Of a DNA stretch of 64,000 nt, positions 1 through 45,600 are shown in pieces. A model generated the notes under the pieces. The model was not told where the DNA came from, made no database searches, and saw nothing but the letters and a program-made list of their open reading frames with translations. The stretch covers positions 43,960,001 to 44,024,000 of the forward strand of contig NW_024704742.1 in the NCBI RefSeq assembly GCF_018977255.1, read 5' to 3'. The stretch's first letter is position 1; every line of letters begins with the position of its first letter. Both the position numbers and the translations under genes were made by a program. Source of the DNA: Callorhinchus milii (Eukaryota).

Positions 1-427
1 TCCGACCTACTATCCCCCTACCTACCTGCCCGTACCCTCCGTTCCTCTGGCTCCGGTCTGCTCCACATCCCCCGTCCCAATCGCCCTACCATCGGTGGTC
101 GGGCCTTCAGCCTCTCAGCCCCGAGGCTCTGGAACTCTATCCCCCAGTGCCTTCGCCGCCTCCTCCCTTTCCTCCTTCAAGGCCGGTCTCAAGACCTTTC
201 TCTTTGAACGTGCCTTCAGCTCCCCTCTCGACCCTCTACCCCCTCCTCGCTCCCTCCCTTCCCTCCCCTCACCCTGACCATTTCCCCCCTCCTCGCTCCC
301 TCCCTTCTACCCTCACCCTGACCATTTCCCCCTGCTCGGGTCCTGACCCAACTGTACAGCGCCTTGGGACGTCCTCCCGACGTGAAAAGCGCTCTATAAA
401 TGGAATCTTGTTGTTGTTGTTGTTGTT
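1..427 (+). mobile_element. L2-clade LINE 3' end (young copy) with (TTG)n tail
   Basis: End of ORF2 (SSFKAGLKTFLF), C-rich 3'UTR, terminal stem-loop gggacgtcctcccgacgtgaaaagcgct and TTG repeats. Confidence 0.85.
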
Positions 428-889
428 AAAGAGTTCCATGTATCCCACCTACATATGGAAATTCCAGAGATATTTATTGGAAAGGAATGTGCACTCCCTC
501 GCTTGAGGGATACACCCTGTTTACCTAATTCTAAAGAGTATTAGGTGCAGGTTGGCAAGAGCCAAGGCTTGGAGACACCAGAGTGTGCATTGGGGTACTG
601 ATGGAATCTAACCAACTAAAATCATATAGCTTGCCAATGAAAGCACTGCCTGGCAAGTTTCCCGTTGCTTGCCTGCCAAGGACCACCCATTAGGGCTTTG
701 GCTCACAGGGTTAATAGGAGCTGAGTGGGAAGATTCCCTGTCCCCAGTGTTTTGCTCTGTGAGCTCTGTACAGACCGATTCAACAAATTAATTTTCAGTA
801 TTGTCTTCAAACTATTTGGCTGTCACGCATTTCATACGTTTTAATAGTTAACAGTTCAGAACACACTCAAGAATGAATGTAATAATTAC

Positions 890-34435
<33,546 letters not shown>

Positions 34436-34709
34436 CTTCAGGCAGGTGGGCAGCACAGGTGATGTGCACAGCATCCCAGCCCTCAGGGATGGGCATCTTC
34501 CATTGGATTGTACCTTTAAGCGATCAATCCCCGCCCAGTGCCGACAGCAACATTTGGGCTTTGGGATTCGATGGGGCAGCTCAGGGTATTGAAAGTCAAC
34601 CAGTGAATATTCAGGGCTGGGCTCGACCTGATCGGCTCTGGGTGAAGCCCCAGCCTGGACCTCTGATCCAGCACCAGGTCTCCCAGGGAGATGCTGAGGC
34701 TCCTGCAGG

Positions 34710-34810
34710 GTGTGTGTGTGCAGTGTTTGCAGTGCAGTGTGTGTGCAGTGTTTGCTGTGTGTGTGCAGTGTTTGCAGTGTGTGTGTGCTGTGTGTGTGCA
34801 GTGTTTGTGG
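34710..34810. repeat. Compound (TG)n / GCAGTGTTT microsatellite upstream of the SEL1L3 start
   Basis: Directly visible. Confidence 0.85.
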
Positions 34811-36619
34811 AGAAGGTGGGATTGGGAAGGGCAGGTAGACGTGGAACAACAGCAGATGCTTCCGGGATCCACATGGCCAATGGGGATGGAGACAGCTGCC
34901 CCCAGAGCAACCCAGGAAGATCCAGCTTCGAACCACGTCCTTATCCTGGACCCGGTGTCCCCTTCTCCAGGATGGGGGGGGGACCTCAACATAAACAACA
35001 GCCGCACAATGCAAACATTGTGTAAAGGGTCTCTTCATTTCCAGTTACAACCACCGATCAACCCTTTTTGTTTTGGTGTGTGTGTGTGTGTGGGGGAGGG
35101 GGGGGGATATTTTCTAAGATCAATCGTTCCCCTGGTGGCAAAGGTATAGTGTACCTACTGTGGTGCTGTAGGCAGGTGGCAGTCAATTCAAAGACAGAGG
35201 GGGTAGGTAATTCCAGCTGCAAATTCCAGCTTTCTCTCCCTGTCTGAATCAGCCAAATATGTGTTCTTTCCCCCAAACCCCGACTGGCTGGTTACACAGT
35301 GCATGTCAACAGCTGCAGATTCTCTTACAGCATAAGAATTATATGAATTCATCACTTTCGTATGCTGTCACTGATTTTTTTCATAATGCTTCAATGGCAT
35401 GGTATTACCAGTAACAATCTTTGCATTTGATACAGTGCCTTAATCATGTTGTTGAGACGTCTCAAAGTGCTTCACGGAATGTATTGTAAACCAGAACAAC
35501 TAATTACGTTTGTACAGTGTATATTGCGCACAGCAGAGTCCCACAATCTGTCGTGGATTGATTGACTACTTTTTTTAATATGATGAAATGGTATTGTTAT
35601 TGGAGTTGGGGTAATGGAGTGGTAAATGGAGTCACATTGCGACTGAGTTGCCTGCAAGGTGACACAATTGGAAGAATTGAATTGGATACTGAGCCAGACA
35701 GGACTGCAGGCAATGATCTAGCCTAGCTCCTCTTCAGGACTTGGAGAAGCAAACCATTCACTGGAGGCAGGATTTTTTCCCCTTTGGCATTTGTTAACCC
35801 TACAAGACAAAGTCCTAAAGGGTAGCATGGTGCTAGCAGGCAGATTGCCAGATAATACTCACAATTTGTTTAATGACCTGTGCAGTTTTAGCTGTATAGT
35901 ACCCCACCCGTAACCTCATCAGAACCCTCAATCTACTTTCTGGGGTCTGTGAGCCTTGGGTTTTGCCAACTTGTGCCCAGGACTCTGTGGAATTAGATAA
36001 GCAAAGTGTGTCCCTCCAGGGAGGGTGTGCATTCCATTCCATACATTGGGAAATTTCCATGCATAGATGGCATGTATATGTAGAGTTCAGTCTGTTGTAG
36101 TGCTGAGCTTCATTTTAATTTTTTCCCAAATTAAATAGTTCTAATGAAACATTAGGTCATTAAACAAATTAAAAATTTGTCTAATTATTCCAGTAGTTAT
36201 AGTTTATTTGAGGTGATTTTTGTGTTCCACACAGTAAGGAATGTTATGCTGGGAAATGGAATGGTTTCCTATTGGGGCACCAAATGTCAGGATCAAGTTT
36301 GACCAGGTCAGTTACAGCATGGTTAGATGCAGAATAAAATCTGTCTTCTCTGCCTTGGAAGAGCATCCCCTATTGTACCAATTCAGCACTTTAATAATAT
36401 AATCCTTGCATCTGAAGTTGTCTTATCTTGTCAAATCTCTGAAATAGAGTTTTCTATAAAGCATACTGACCATGCATTTTTGTAGGTGAACTTAACAGCC
36501 AAACTGCACGTAACAACAAAGTGAATGACCCTTTTTAACCTGGGGCATTGTTAACTAGGTCACCAAGAAAAACTTCTGATCAGTGTCGGTGACTAGAGAA
36601 AATTAATTCAAATTAGTTA

Positions 36620-36905
36620 GTTCAAGTGCAAATGAGGTTACAATTTTTTCGATACACAAATCAGTTAGGTTATGGAATGCCCTGCCAGGAGAAGTGGTTG
36701 AAGCAGAATCCGTTTTGGCCTTCAAGATAAATATTTTTAAACAAGAAGATTACATTTGTATAGCACCTTTCACGTCAGTAGGACGTTGAATTTGAAAGAT
36801 TCAGCTATAGGGGAGAGGACAGGAAAATGGGACTGAAAGGATTGCTCTAAAGGAGCCGACACAGGCATGATGGGCCGATTGGTCTTCTATGCCATAAATT
36901 TCTAT
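36620..36905 (+). mobile_element. CR1 LINE 3' fragment (decayed)
   Basis: LWNALPGEVVEA motif and CR1-type 3'UTR. Confidence 0.65.
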
Positions 36906-37499
36906 GGTTCCTTTCACGTCTCAATTAAGATCTTTAACATCACCTGAAATGGCGGACATTCAAGTCCAATTGTTCTTTGTCCTCTCGGAATTGCCAAATT
37001 TAGCAGTTTTGTGCTCGGAGGCTGTGTCAGTTAGAAATTGGGTTAAGACTTTACAAATAAATAAATGGAGTGCTAGGAATCAAACTCAGAATAGAATTTC
37101 ATCACATTGGTATGGCCTGGATTCAACCCTCGAGATAACCTGTCAGTGTTAGCACCCCTCCTTGTTCTTGTAGAACATTTGTGTGAAGAACCTGCTGTAG
37201 GAGACTGACTGTCAGTTCAACACAAAGCGAGCCGCATCATTTGCGGCAATTTTCTTGATTTTGAATTGAATTTGTTTGAAAATTACACTGAATCCACTGA
37301 ATAACTTCAGAGAGAAATCACCAAACTTTAAGGCAAGTCCCTTCCCAAATGTTTACAACCAGAGCAAGTACTCCTGAGAGTGTAATGTGGGCAGCAGTGG
37401 CGTTTTCCAGTTGTTGTCCCTGACCCCAAGCTCTTGTTACAAAGTGGTAAGGTTTACACCATGTGGTTGGGTGACTTGTCCAGGTCTTGTGTGAGGACC

Positions 37500-37800
37500 T
37501 TCAGGCTGAGGGTCAATCACGTGACCCGTGCCTACCTGCCAGCATCAAAGATGGCGGCCGCTCCGCTGTCACAGCCGCCGCTGCGCCTGCGCCGCTCCTC
37601 CCGCTTGCCCGGTTTCCGGTTCCGGCGCCGCGATGTCGCGGGTTGGGGGTGGGCTGCTGCTGTTCGGGGGCTTCCTGGCGGCCGTCACGGCGGCGCTTTA
37701 CCCCGTTTACATCCACCCGCTGATGCACATCGAGCAGTACAGTAAGTGAGGGAATACAGCGACCGCCGGGGCCTGGGACACCGACAACTGCTGACGTCAC
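37500..37800 (+). promoter_or_regulatory. SMIM20 CpG-island promoter
   Basis: Clearly CpG-dense stretch. Contains E-box TCACGTGA (37517-37524), YY1-like AAGATGGCGGC (37548-37558), NRF1-like TGCGCCTGCGC (37582-37592) and tandem ETS cores TTCCGG (37614-37625). Confidence 0.75.
37633..37741 (+). CDS. SMIM20: SMIM20 coding exon 1 (109 nt)
   Basis: ATG in a CpG island, TM helix, donor A|gtaagt. Confidence 0.94.
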
Positions 37801-40800
37801 CCTCACCCACTGCTGACCTCACCCACTGATGACCTCATTCACCCACTGATGACCTCACCCACTGATGACCTCACTCACCCACTGCTGACCTCACCCACTG
37901 ATGACCTCACTCACCCACTGATGACCTCACTCACCCACTGATGACATCACCCACTGCTGACCTCACCCACTGATGACCTCACTCTCACCCGCTGATGACC
38001 TCACTCTCACCCGCTGATGACCTCACTCTCACCCGCTGATGACCTCACTCTCACCCGCTGATGACCTCACTCTCACCCGCTGATGACCTCACTCTCACCC
38101 GCTGATGACCTCCCTACCTGGTGGTCTCCTTAACTCACTCACTGGTGACCTCACTAACTAACTGACAAACTAACCAGTGACCTCCCTAACTGACCAAGCA
38201 GTGACGTTGGTAAGAAACCAGTACCAATGCATTGTTACAGCGCCTTCGTATCGGGAGAATGTCCCGAGGTGTCGGACAGTGAAGAGTTTGCACCAGGGCT
38301 GGGGGTTGGCATCCAGAGGGTGGGAGGATGACTGAAGACACTGTCAAAGGGGAAGGTCTTGAGGTGGGCCTTGTAGGAGGCGAGAGGGGGAACGAGTGAG
38401 GTGAAGCGTTTCCAGGACTGAGTTCCAGAGAATGGGGGCGGAAAGGCTCGATTGCTGATGGTGGGGCAGGTCAGTGCCCACCGAGGGGAGGGACAGATTG
38501 GTCAGGTCAGGTATTAATAGGTCACAATCATGGAGGTGACCAGTGTCGACCTTCCCCCCCCCCCCCTCCCATCTCAGACCCTCAGTAGGTTCTGTGAAAA
38601 CATTTGAGATGGCCTCAAGTGCCATCATTTTAAAACTGTTATTGTATCCTTGACTCCCAACAGCCTCAGCAATGGCTTTTGCACAACAATAAATGCACTA
38701 AGGTTGTTGGCTTTGGTGCAGCATTAGCACAAATCAAGATATGGTACCAATACCACTTGCACATGTTTTATTCCAGGGGCACATTACATCTGGAAAAATC
38801 TAAATTTTTCTGCACATAAGAGAATTTCAATCCATTCCATCTACACATCTATCAGGCTGCTTGCAGCTGATTATTGTAAAATAGGATTAGTGAGATGTTA
38901 ATCATTAGAGAGAGCTTTAAATACTCTTCTGAATTTGATGTTCAGTATGATGAATGCAAAATGCTGCATCTAGCAAGTTAACAATAGGAGGAATGTTTAT
39001 AGCATGGATGTGATAGAACAGGGGTGTTGAAAAATATCCAGTGGACTTGTCACTACGCATATTCATACAGTGCGAGGCAGCAATAAACAAGGCAAACGGT
39101 TTGCCAAATCTACTGAAATCTTCCACGTGGAGAGCATGATAGAAACGCAAATTGTTGTTGTGCAGAGTAGAGCAATTAGATCATTACCATTGTTAAGAGA
39201 GATGAGTATGAGGAACAACACGATAAATGAGGACTCCTTTGAAAATAGATGCTTCAGACAGCAACTTACTGTGTGTGTAAAATCTGGAGTTGGATTTGAA
39301 ACCTTGATGTGCCCGAAAAGCACTTTACACAATAAATTAGTGACTCTCATTGGTAGCTAATTGGTATCAATTGTATCATAAACTACTCACCTTTTCAGAA
39401 TACAGAAGGTGAATTGGAATGGGGAGGGAAAGTGAGGAGAGGGATATAATCCTATTTATTGATGTTATATTGCTAATTTGAACCATGACTACAAAGTTTA
39501 AGTAACGGCCACCTGTACCCATTGTCATGACAATAAAGTGATATTTACATCTTAAGTTTATTTTATTGGCCTGCACAAGTTGGACTATTAAATATTTCCC
39601 AAAAAAAACTTCAGTTTCTTTAAAATAAACAATAAAACATATAAATAATTTAAAAGTCTCAATAATGTTAGAATGTTGTAAATATTGTGGTAGTATGTTT
39701 CATATATGCAATATATTCAGTAAAAACATCTAATACTCAATAGGGACTAATGTATTCCGTAACTGATTTACAGACAATAATATAATAATAATAACCCTTG
39801 CATTTGATATAACGCCTTATCACGTTGTCGGGAGGTCTCAAAGCAATTCACAGAATATGCTATAAAGTGCTTTTGATTGTGTGAATATTTAATATTCTCA
39901 TATGTAAAATATTGTTTTTTATACAAGTAAGGTACATATTTCATGGTTTAAAATCTGGAATGTTATTTCTCCCATGGGAATTTCAGTGCTGCTGCATTTC
40001 TATTGCAGTTGTTGGTGCATGAAGCATCTGCACATCAACTGGTTCAGAAAGGTTGTCAGCCATTCAAGTCAGCCTGGCAACTACTGCTAGCTGAAAATGC
40101 ATGCATTGTTGAAATGTTAATATAAGAGGGTTTTATTTAATTTATGTAGCTGGATGTTGTAATACAGTAAATTCCTGATAACTCATCACTCCAGAGGGAA
40201 AGGGGCTCAGTGACAAGTTATCTGGAGTGGCGAGTTAGGCATGTATATAGATACATAAATGCATCTGGAATATTGACAGCATGATGACTTGAATGTTAGT
40301 GACAAGTTAAGCCGGGGTCATTATCAGGAGTTCACTAAGTATTTGCAGTATTTGCAAAAATGATCTGAGAGCTAGCGGCAGCAAATGAAAAGCGTTAACC
40401 CTATAAACTCCATTAACAGCAGCAGCATTCCTTTAGTAAATGTGTTTGTGACATGGTGAACTTTTGTAAGATACAGAAACCTCACATAAGCCGAATCAGT
40501 TGAAACCATACATTTAATATGACTTATGCAACGTATGAGCTATGTGAAACTTGCACAAGTTATAGGAAATTCAATGGGACATGGGCAGGTGGACGATTTA
40601 GCCATTGTACGATATATACAGATCAGACTTATGTGAGTTTTATTGTATTGTAAATAGATTATTTATATAGTTCTTAGAAATATATTATAAATTCATTTCA
40701 ATTTAAGAATATATGGCATTAGAGATGAATTTGTCGGAAATCTTGCCCAGATATATGATCTGATCTTTGTTTTCATTTCAGTGCTAATGTTAAACTACTT

Positions 40801-41779
40801 ATACCTTTGCATGTCATTTGAAAGTTCTACATATATGGATTTTATTTTTCGAGTACACTTTTGGAAAGAATACAAAATAAATTATATACATCATTTTATA
40901 CTTTTTTTTAAATGCAGAGCAGCAACAGAAGGTGAATCGAACTGGAATAAATCAAGAAGAAATCCAACCTGGAGGTACAAATGATTAAAGTATTAGTTGT
41001 CAATTATAAAATGTTTCTGGCCAAACATTTTTGCGTTTTATAAAGTTACATTTCAGAAATGTGTGCAACATAGATTGCACAAGAGGGGAAGGAGTTCTAG
41101 ACATTCTTCCAGTGTTTATGTTTCATAAATAAGCTTAATTGCAATTAATTAAATTGAGAATTCTAGTCCAGTACGTCTCACATCAGTGGTAGGAAAATAC
41201 CGCAGTTGATGATAAGGAAAAATCTGGTAAGCACCTTGAGAAGAATAAATTAATCGGGAGCAGTCGGTAGAGAATTTTGAAGGACAGATCATTTGACTGT
41301 CACAAAAAATTGTGTTTTTTTACTTAGCGCATAGATGAGAGAAATGTAGTGGATGTTTTGTATCTGGCATTTCTTAAAATAATATCAAAAATTTAAAAGT
41401 CAGGATATTAAAGATGAAATGATCGAGTGGATAGAAAGATGGCTGAGGGACAAAGTGCTGAGAGTGGGAATCAGCCTAGCACAATGTAACTAGTGGTTTG
41501 CAGAGGCGGGCGCAGAAACCATTTGCAGAGACAAATGATGGTGTTGGGTCGTCGGACTTGAGTCAAGAAAGTGCAGCCCATTGAGGTGGATCAGGGAGGA
41601 AAAGCAAACAGGACAGACTAAATGTAGATGCTTTGCTGAAATCATCTTTATCACAATGAACCACAATATGTGTGGGTGTAGCATGAAACAATACAAATGT
41701 GATTTTCAACATCTTGATGCACTTCTCTGTTTCATTTCAAGGAATGAAAGTCTGGTCTGACCCGTTTATTAAGAAGTAG
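37633..41779 (+). CDS. SMIM20: Small integral membrane protein 20 (MITRAC7 / phoenixin precursor), gene span, 67 aa
   Basis: Exons of 109+57+38 nt give [67 protein letters not shown]. The FGGF...YP..PLM and KVWSDPF motifs are characteristic of the family. Confidence 0.96.
37800..38115. repeat. Minisatellite of about 16 units, 16/20/22 bp: TGACCTC(ACTC/ACTCTC)ACCCRCTGA
   Basis: Directly visible tandem array in SMIM20 intron 1. Confidence 0.9.
40165..40339. mobile_element. Tigger/pogo-like MITE
   Basis: TA|cagtaaattcctgataa ... ttatcaggagttcactaag|TA imperfect TIRs. Confidence 0.5.
40474..40645. mobile_element. Tigger/pogo-like MITE
   Basis: TA|cagaaacctcacataagccga ... tcagacttatgtgagttttattg|TA imperfect TIRs. 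Confidence 0.5.
40918..40974 (+). CDS. SMIM20: SMIM20 exon 2 (57 nt)
   Basis: ttttttaaatgcag|[18 protein letters not shown]|gtac. Confidence 0.93.
41742..41779 (+). CDS. SMIM20: SMIM20 exon 3 coding part (38 nt)
   Basis: tttcaag|[11 protein letters not shown] TAG. Confidence 0.94.
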
Positions 41780-42041
41780 AGTCACTATCAGCTTTTCTTT
41801 ATAACGAAGAAATGGTTCAGAGCTGGTATATTTGCTGTGTTCCTGTACCAAATCATCTGAGATCATCTTATGCGGAGGCAGAGAAAATTGCTGTTGGCTG
41901 CAAAATAAGTACTTTATAGCGTCTAAAAACAGAAGCAATAGTATGTTCAGAAAATTTCGTTCTACAGTGTATTTTGCTGTTAATTTTAATGCCCTGTGAT
42001 AACTGTTAAATAACGTCTTTCATTATGACTTGTAGCAGATA

Positions 42042-42047
42042 AATAAA
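42042..42047 (+). terminator. Candidate SMIM20 polyadenylation signal AATAAA
   Basis: First AATAAA seen downstream of the stop codon, about 260 nt away. Confidence 0.55.
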
Positions 42048-42965
42048 AATTGTTTCTATGTGAGTAAAAGTGAATGGAAAACATTAAAGTTTGAAATCAA
42101 ATATTCTGTCATGGAATGAATTCTATTTCAGTAGTGTGTGGTTATCCAATACCAGTAAGGCCACCAATTTGTTTTGTGTTTTTGGTTGTACAGCATTGTA
42201 CAACACTGCAAATGTGAAATCATATTTTTTATGTTAAATTTTTTTATCTCAAAATGTAATATATGAAAAAATAATTATTTCTAGAACATATGGTAAAGTA
42301 ATCATCCCTTATCTTGTTGAATAAGTAGAAACTTAATATGACAAATGCTAGGACAAGACTAAGGGTTTGGAAAGATTCAAATATTCCAGTACTGGAGGCA
42401 CACAAACAAAGGCTTCATTTAATATGAAATGAATTGGAAAGACATGATCGATATGTAAAAGTCTCACCCCATTATCTTGTAATGTGCTTTTTAAAGTTTC
42501 AAACCAACATATTTTTAGAAATTGAAAATAACAATGCATTGAAAATCAATGTATAACAACAACAGCAACAACTTGCATTATATAGTGCCCTTCACGCCTG
42601 ACGGCATCTCAGAGAGCTTGACCTTAAGTTGATCTTAATATTCCATTCAGTTAAGGTAAAATTACAAATTAAAATTTGCATGATGTGTTAAATGACACTC
42701 AATGCAACTGGAGGGCGTTTCAATACCTGACAGTGGAACATTGCTTTGCTAGCATTTGCCTACACATTCACAGTCAGCACACTTTTAAGTGCTTGGAGTC
42801 ATTTTCATGTGATAAAGCACTTTATCAAATACAAGGATGATAACGATGAACACAATATGGACTTTCCTATATATCACTTACAGAAATGTGTCTCAGGTTG
42901 GACACAGACAGAAAAACTGAAATAATATGAATTTATACTGGTCATTTTGTACTCTATTCCAACAT

Positions 42966-43740
42966 GTCAGCCTGACTTAGTTGTTTGCATTCTCGCCTAT
43001 GAATCAGAAGGTTCTGGGTTCATATTCATAGCTTACACTCCAATTTAATGCTGGGATGCTTTACATTGTCGGAAGTGCCTTTGGATTACCTGTTAAACTG
43101 AGACCTGTCTGCCTGCTCAGGTGAACATTAAACATCTCATGGCACCAATCAAAAAGAGAAGGGAGTTTCTCCTGATATCGTGCCCAACAATTCCCCCCAG
43201 GTAAATTTGGGCATTCACTTCATGGGACAATGTATCCTCTCTCCTGTATGCAAAAATGGGCTGCTGTGTTCATCTATAAAATAACCTGTCACTTCAGAAT
43301 TGCAGAGTCCTGTAGAGTTTGGTAAGAGCCCTTGCAAGCAAAAGGACTTTGGTTCGCTTCCTGGGCAGGGCGAAATGTTAGGCAAGTTTCCTTACTCCAC
43401 ATATCTTTATTGACCTAGCATTAAGTAGGAACCCAATTGTTAGTCGATCGCTTACCCAGGGTAATAATCACTTCAAAAAAATAATAAAAAGCAAATAATA
43501 ATTCGGTCACTCAATCAATGACTATTTATGGGACATTGCTAAGTGTAATTGGCTCCTATCTTTCGCCCACAAAATAAACAGTCACTACACTTTACAGTAT
43601 ATTCTGAAGTGCTTTGAGGCATCTCGAAGATGTGATAAAGCGCTATATCAAATGCAACGATTATTATTATAAATCCTGCAAAGCTCTTGGGGACATTCTC
43701 CTGACGTTAAAAGTGCAATACCAAATGCTAGGATTATTGA
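42966..43740 (+). mobile_element. Older SacSINE1/AmnSINE1-like SINE (family B) with a nested family A copy at about 43305-43670
   Basis: Family B head gaatcagaaggttctgggttca and body gttaaactgagacc; its tail resumes after the family A tail. Confidence 0.7.
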
Positions 43741-45109
43741 TATGTATTTCTTAATTGATATATTTTGTGAGCCTATTTGTTGAATAATAAATATGTAATC
43801 TTAACACAGTTACCAGATTGCATTTGTTTATTTTCTCAGTAAAACATATAAAATGCAATATTTACAGCATGAAAACACGCCATTCTGCCCAAATAGTCTG
43901 TACCGGAGTTTATACTCCATTTGAGTCTCCATCCACTCCTTATTCCCTCCAATACCCTTCTACTCTGATTTATGCTAAACTTATTGAACCCTTTTATAAT
44001 TTTAAACATCTCTATTAGGTTTCCCCCCCTAAATATCTCTTTCCTAGTGAAAAAAGACCTAATCTATCCAGTCTATCCTCATAACCAGCTAGTAAACATA
44101 CATTATACTCGTTCCATCGCTGCTACTGTATATCTTTGTGATGACTCCAAATGTAATTCAAATAAAGTTTTTACACAAATTCAGAATTACCTTTCACTTT
44201 TATATTCTATCGCTCTGGATATGGCCCAAGATTTAATGGAGGTTTTTATGGATTAATCCTCAGTCTTCCCTCATTTCCTTCAGGTTCATCTCAAGATCTA
44301 GAATTGTTCCTGGTAGACTTGAAGAGGATATTTAAAGAAACTTTCTGATACAGATGCATTCAAACTTTGTCACAACTGACTATTGAGGCTGAGAGCATAG
44401 CATTTAAAAGTAGCCAATTTTAATTTGGGTCGAGTTTGGATGAGGAAGGAATCGAAACCAGGATAATGGGGAGAAACTCCACAATTCTTTAAAGTTTTGC
44501 AAGCGGAAGTGCAAAATACATCGAATTATAAACATTTATTTTGATGCTGAGGATCTCCATTTCTATGGTGTTCATGCAGTAAGTAATAGTTGAGGACTTT
44601 CTACACCCTCAAAGTATTTTTTTCTTGTACTGTCAGCAACAACAACAACTTGCATTTACATAGTGGCCCTCATGCAGGGTAGTGTCCCAGAGTGTTGCCA
44701 AAGCGATTTTCTCTATGATAACAGAAAAGGGTAAATTGCAGCAGTAGAATCATCCTTAAAGTCATGAAACATAAAGCAGACATAAAAGGAGGATAAGCTG
44801 GAAATAAATACCGTAAACACTGTTTAGGGTTCAGGCACTGAGATTAGATAGCAATGTATTCAGCTGTACTACACAATGACTATTTAGTGGAAAGCAATGA
44901 GCAGAGATGCACTTGGAAGTAACTGATGGGAGACAACTGGTAAGCAGTGTTCCGTCAACATGCGCTGAATGGAAATGTACTTGAGGTGTGAGAACCGGAG
45001 AGTTAGGTCTTAGGTTGTTAAAGTAAAAGCAATACAGCCACAACAACAACAACTTGCATTTATATAGCACCCTTCACACCGGATGGCGTCTCAGGTGATT
45101 AAAGGCTAA

Positions 45110-45600
45110 TGTAAGGGCTGATGTACAAGTCAATCTGTGTATCGAGCTTTGGTGAGACCCAGTCTGGAGTCCTGACCTCCCTATCACAGAAAAATTCAGT
45201 TATTAGAAGATAAGCAATTAGATTAATTTAAAATTTTAATTTGTAGACACTTTTTTAAAAAAACAGACTGAGAAAGGTCTTGAAAAGAGTTGTTTTAAAT
45301 TAGAAAAGATTTGGGAAATATGGATGTGGGTAAACTTTTCCATTCTGTATAACATTTAAACACAACTTCCAAATAAGGACAATGAAAGTGAATAGGAAAT
45401 GCAAGAGGAATTTTTTTTCTAAGAGGGTGTTAGACATGTGTAAACAAAAGATCAGCAAAGGTGGTGGAACAAGGAACTAAAAGGTTTCAAAAAGGAACCA
45501 AGCAAGTTCCTAGAAATTATAGAGATTTTAGTTTTTTAGGATATTAGTGAGGTAGACAACATGGTCAAATGGTCTACTCTAGCTTGAAAGTGTTACTATG
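45110..45600 (+). mobile_element. CR1 LINE 3' fragment (highly decayed)
   Basis: ALVRP-like motif (gctttggtgagaccc) and FFSKRVLDM; CR1-like tail. Confidence 0.5.

Noticed and set aside
34459..35149. Several long overlapping ORFs on both strands
   Set aside because: Explained by GC-rich sequence and a stop-free TG microsatellite; only the frame containing SEL1L3 exon 1 was kept.
37800..38115. CRISPR-like array or C/D snoRNA cluster (TGATGA/CTGA)
   Set aside because: Eukaryotic intron with no unique spacers or cas genes; the box-like words come from a simple minisatellite unit.
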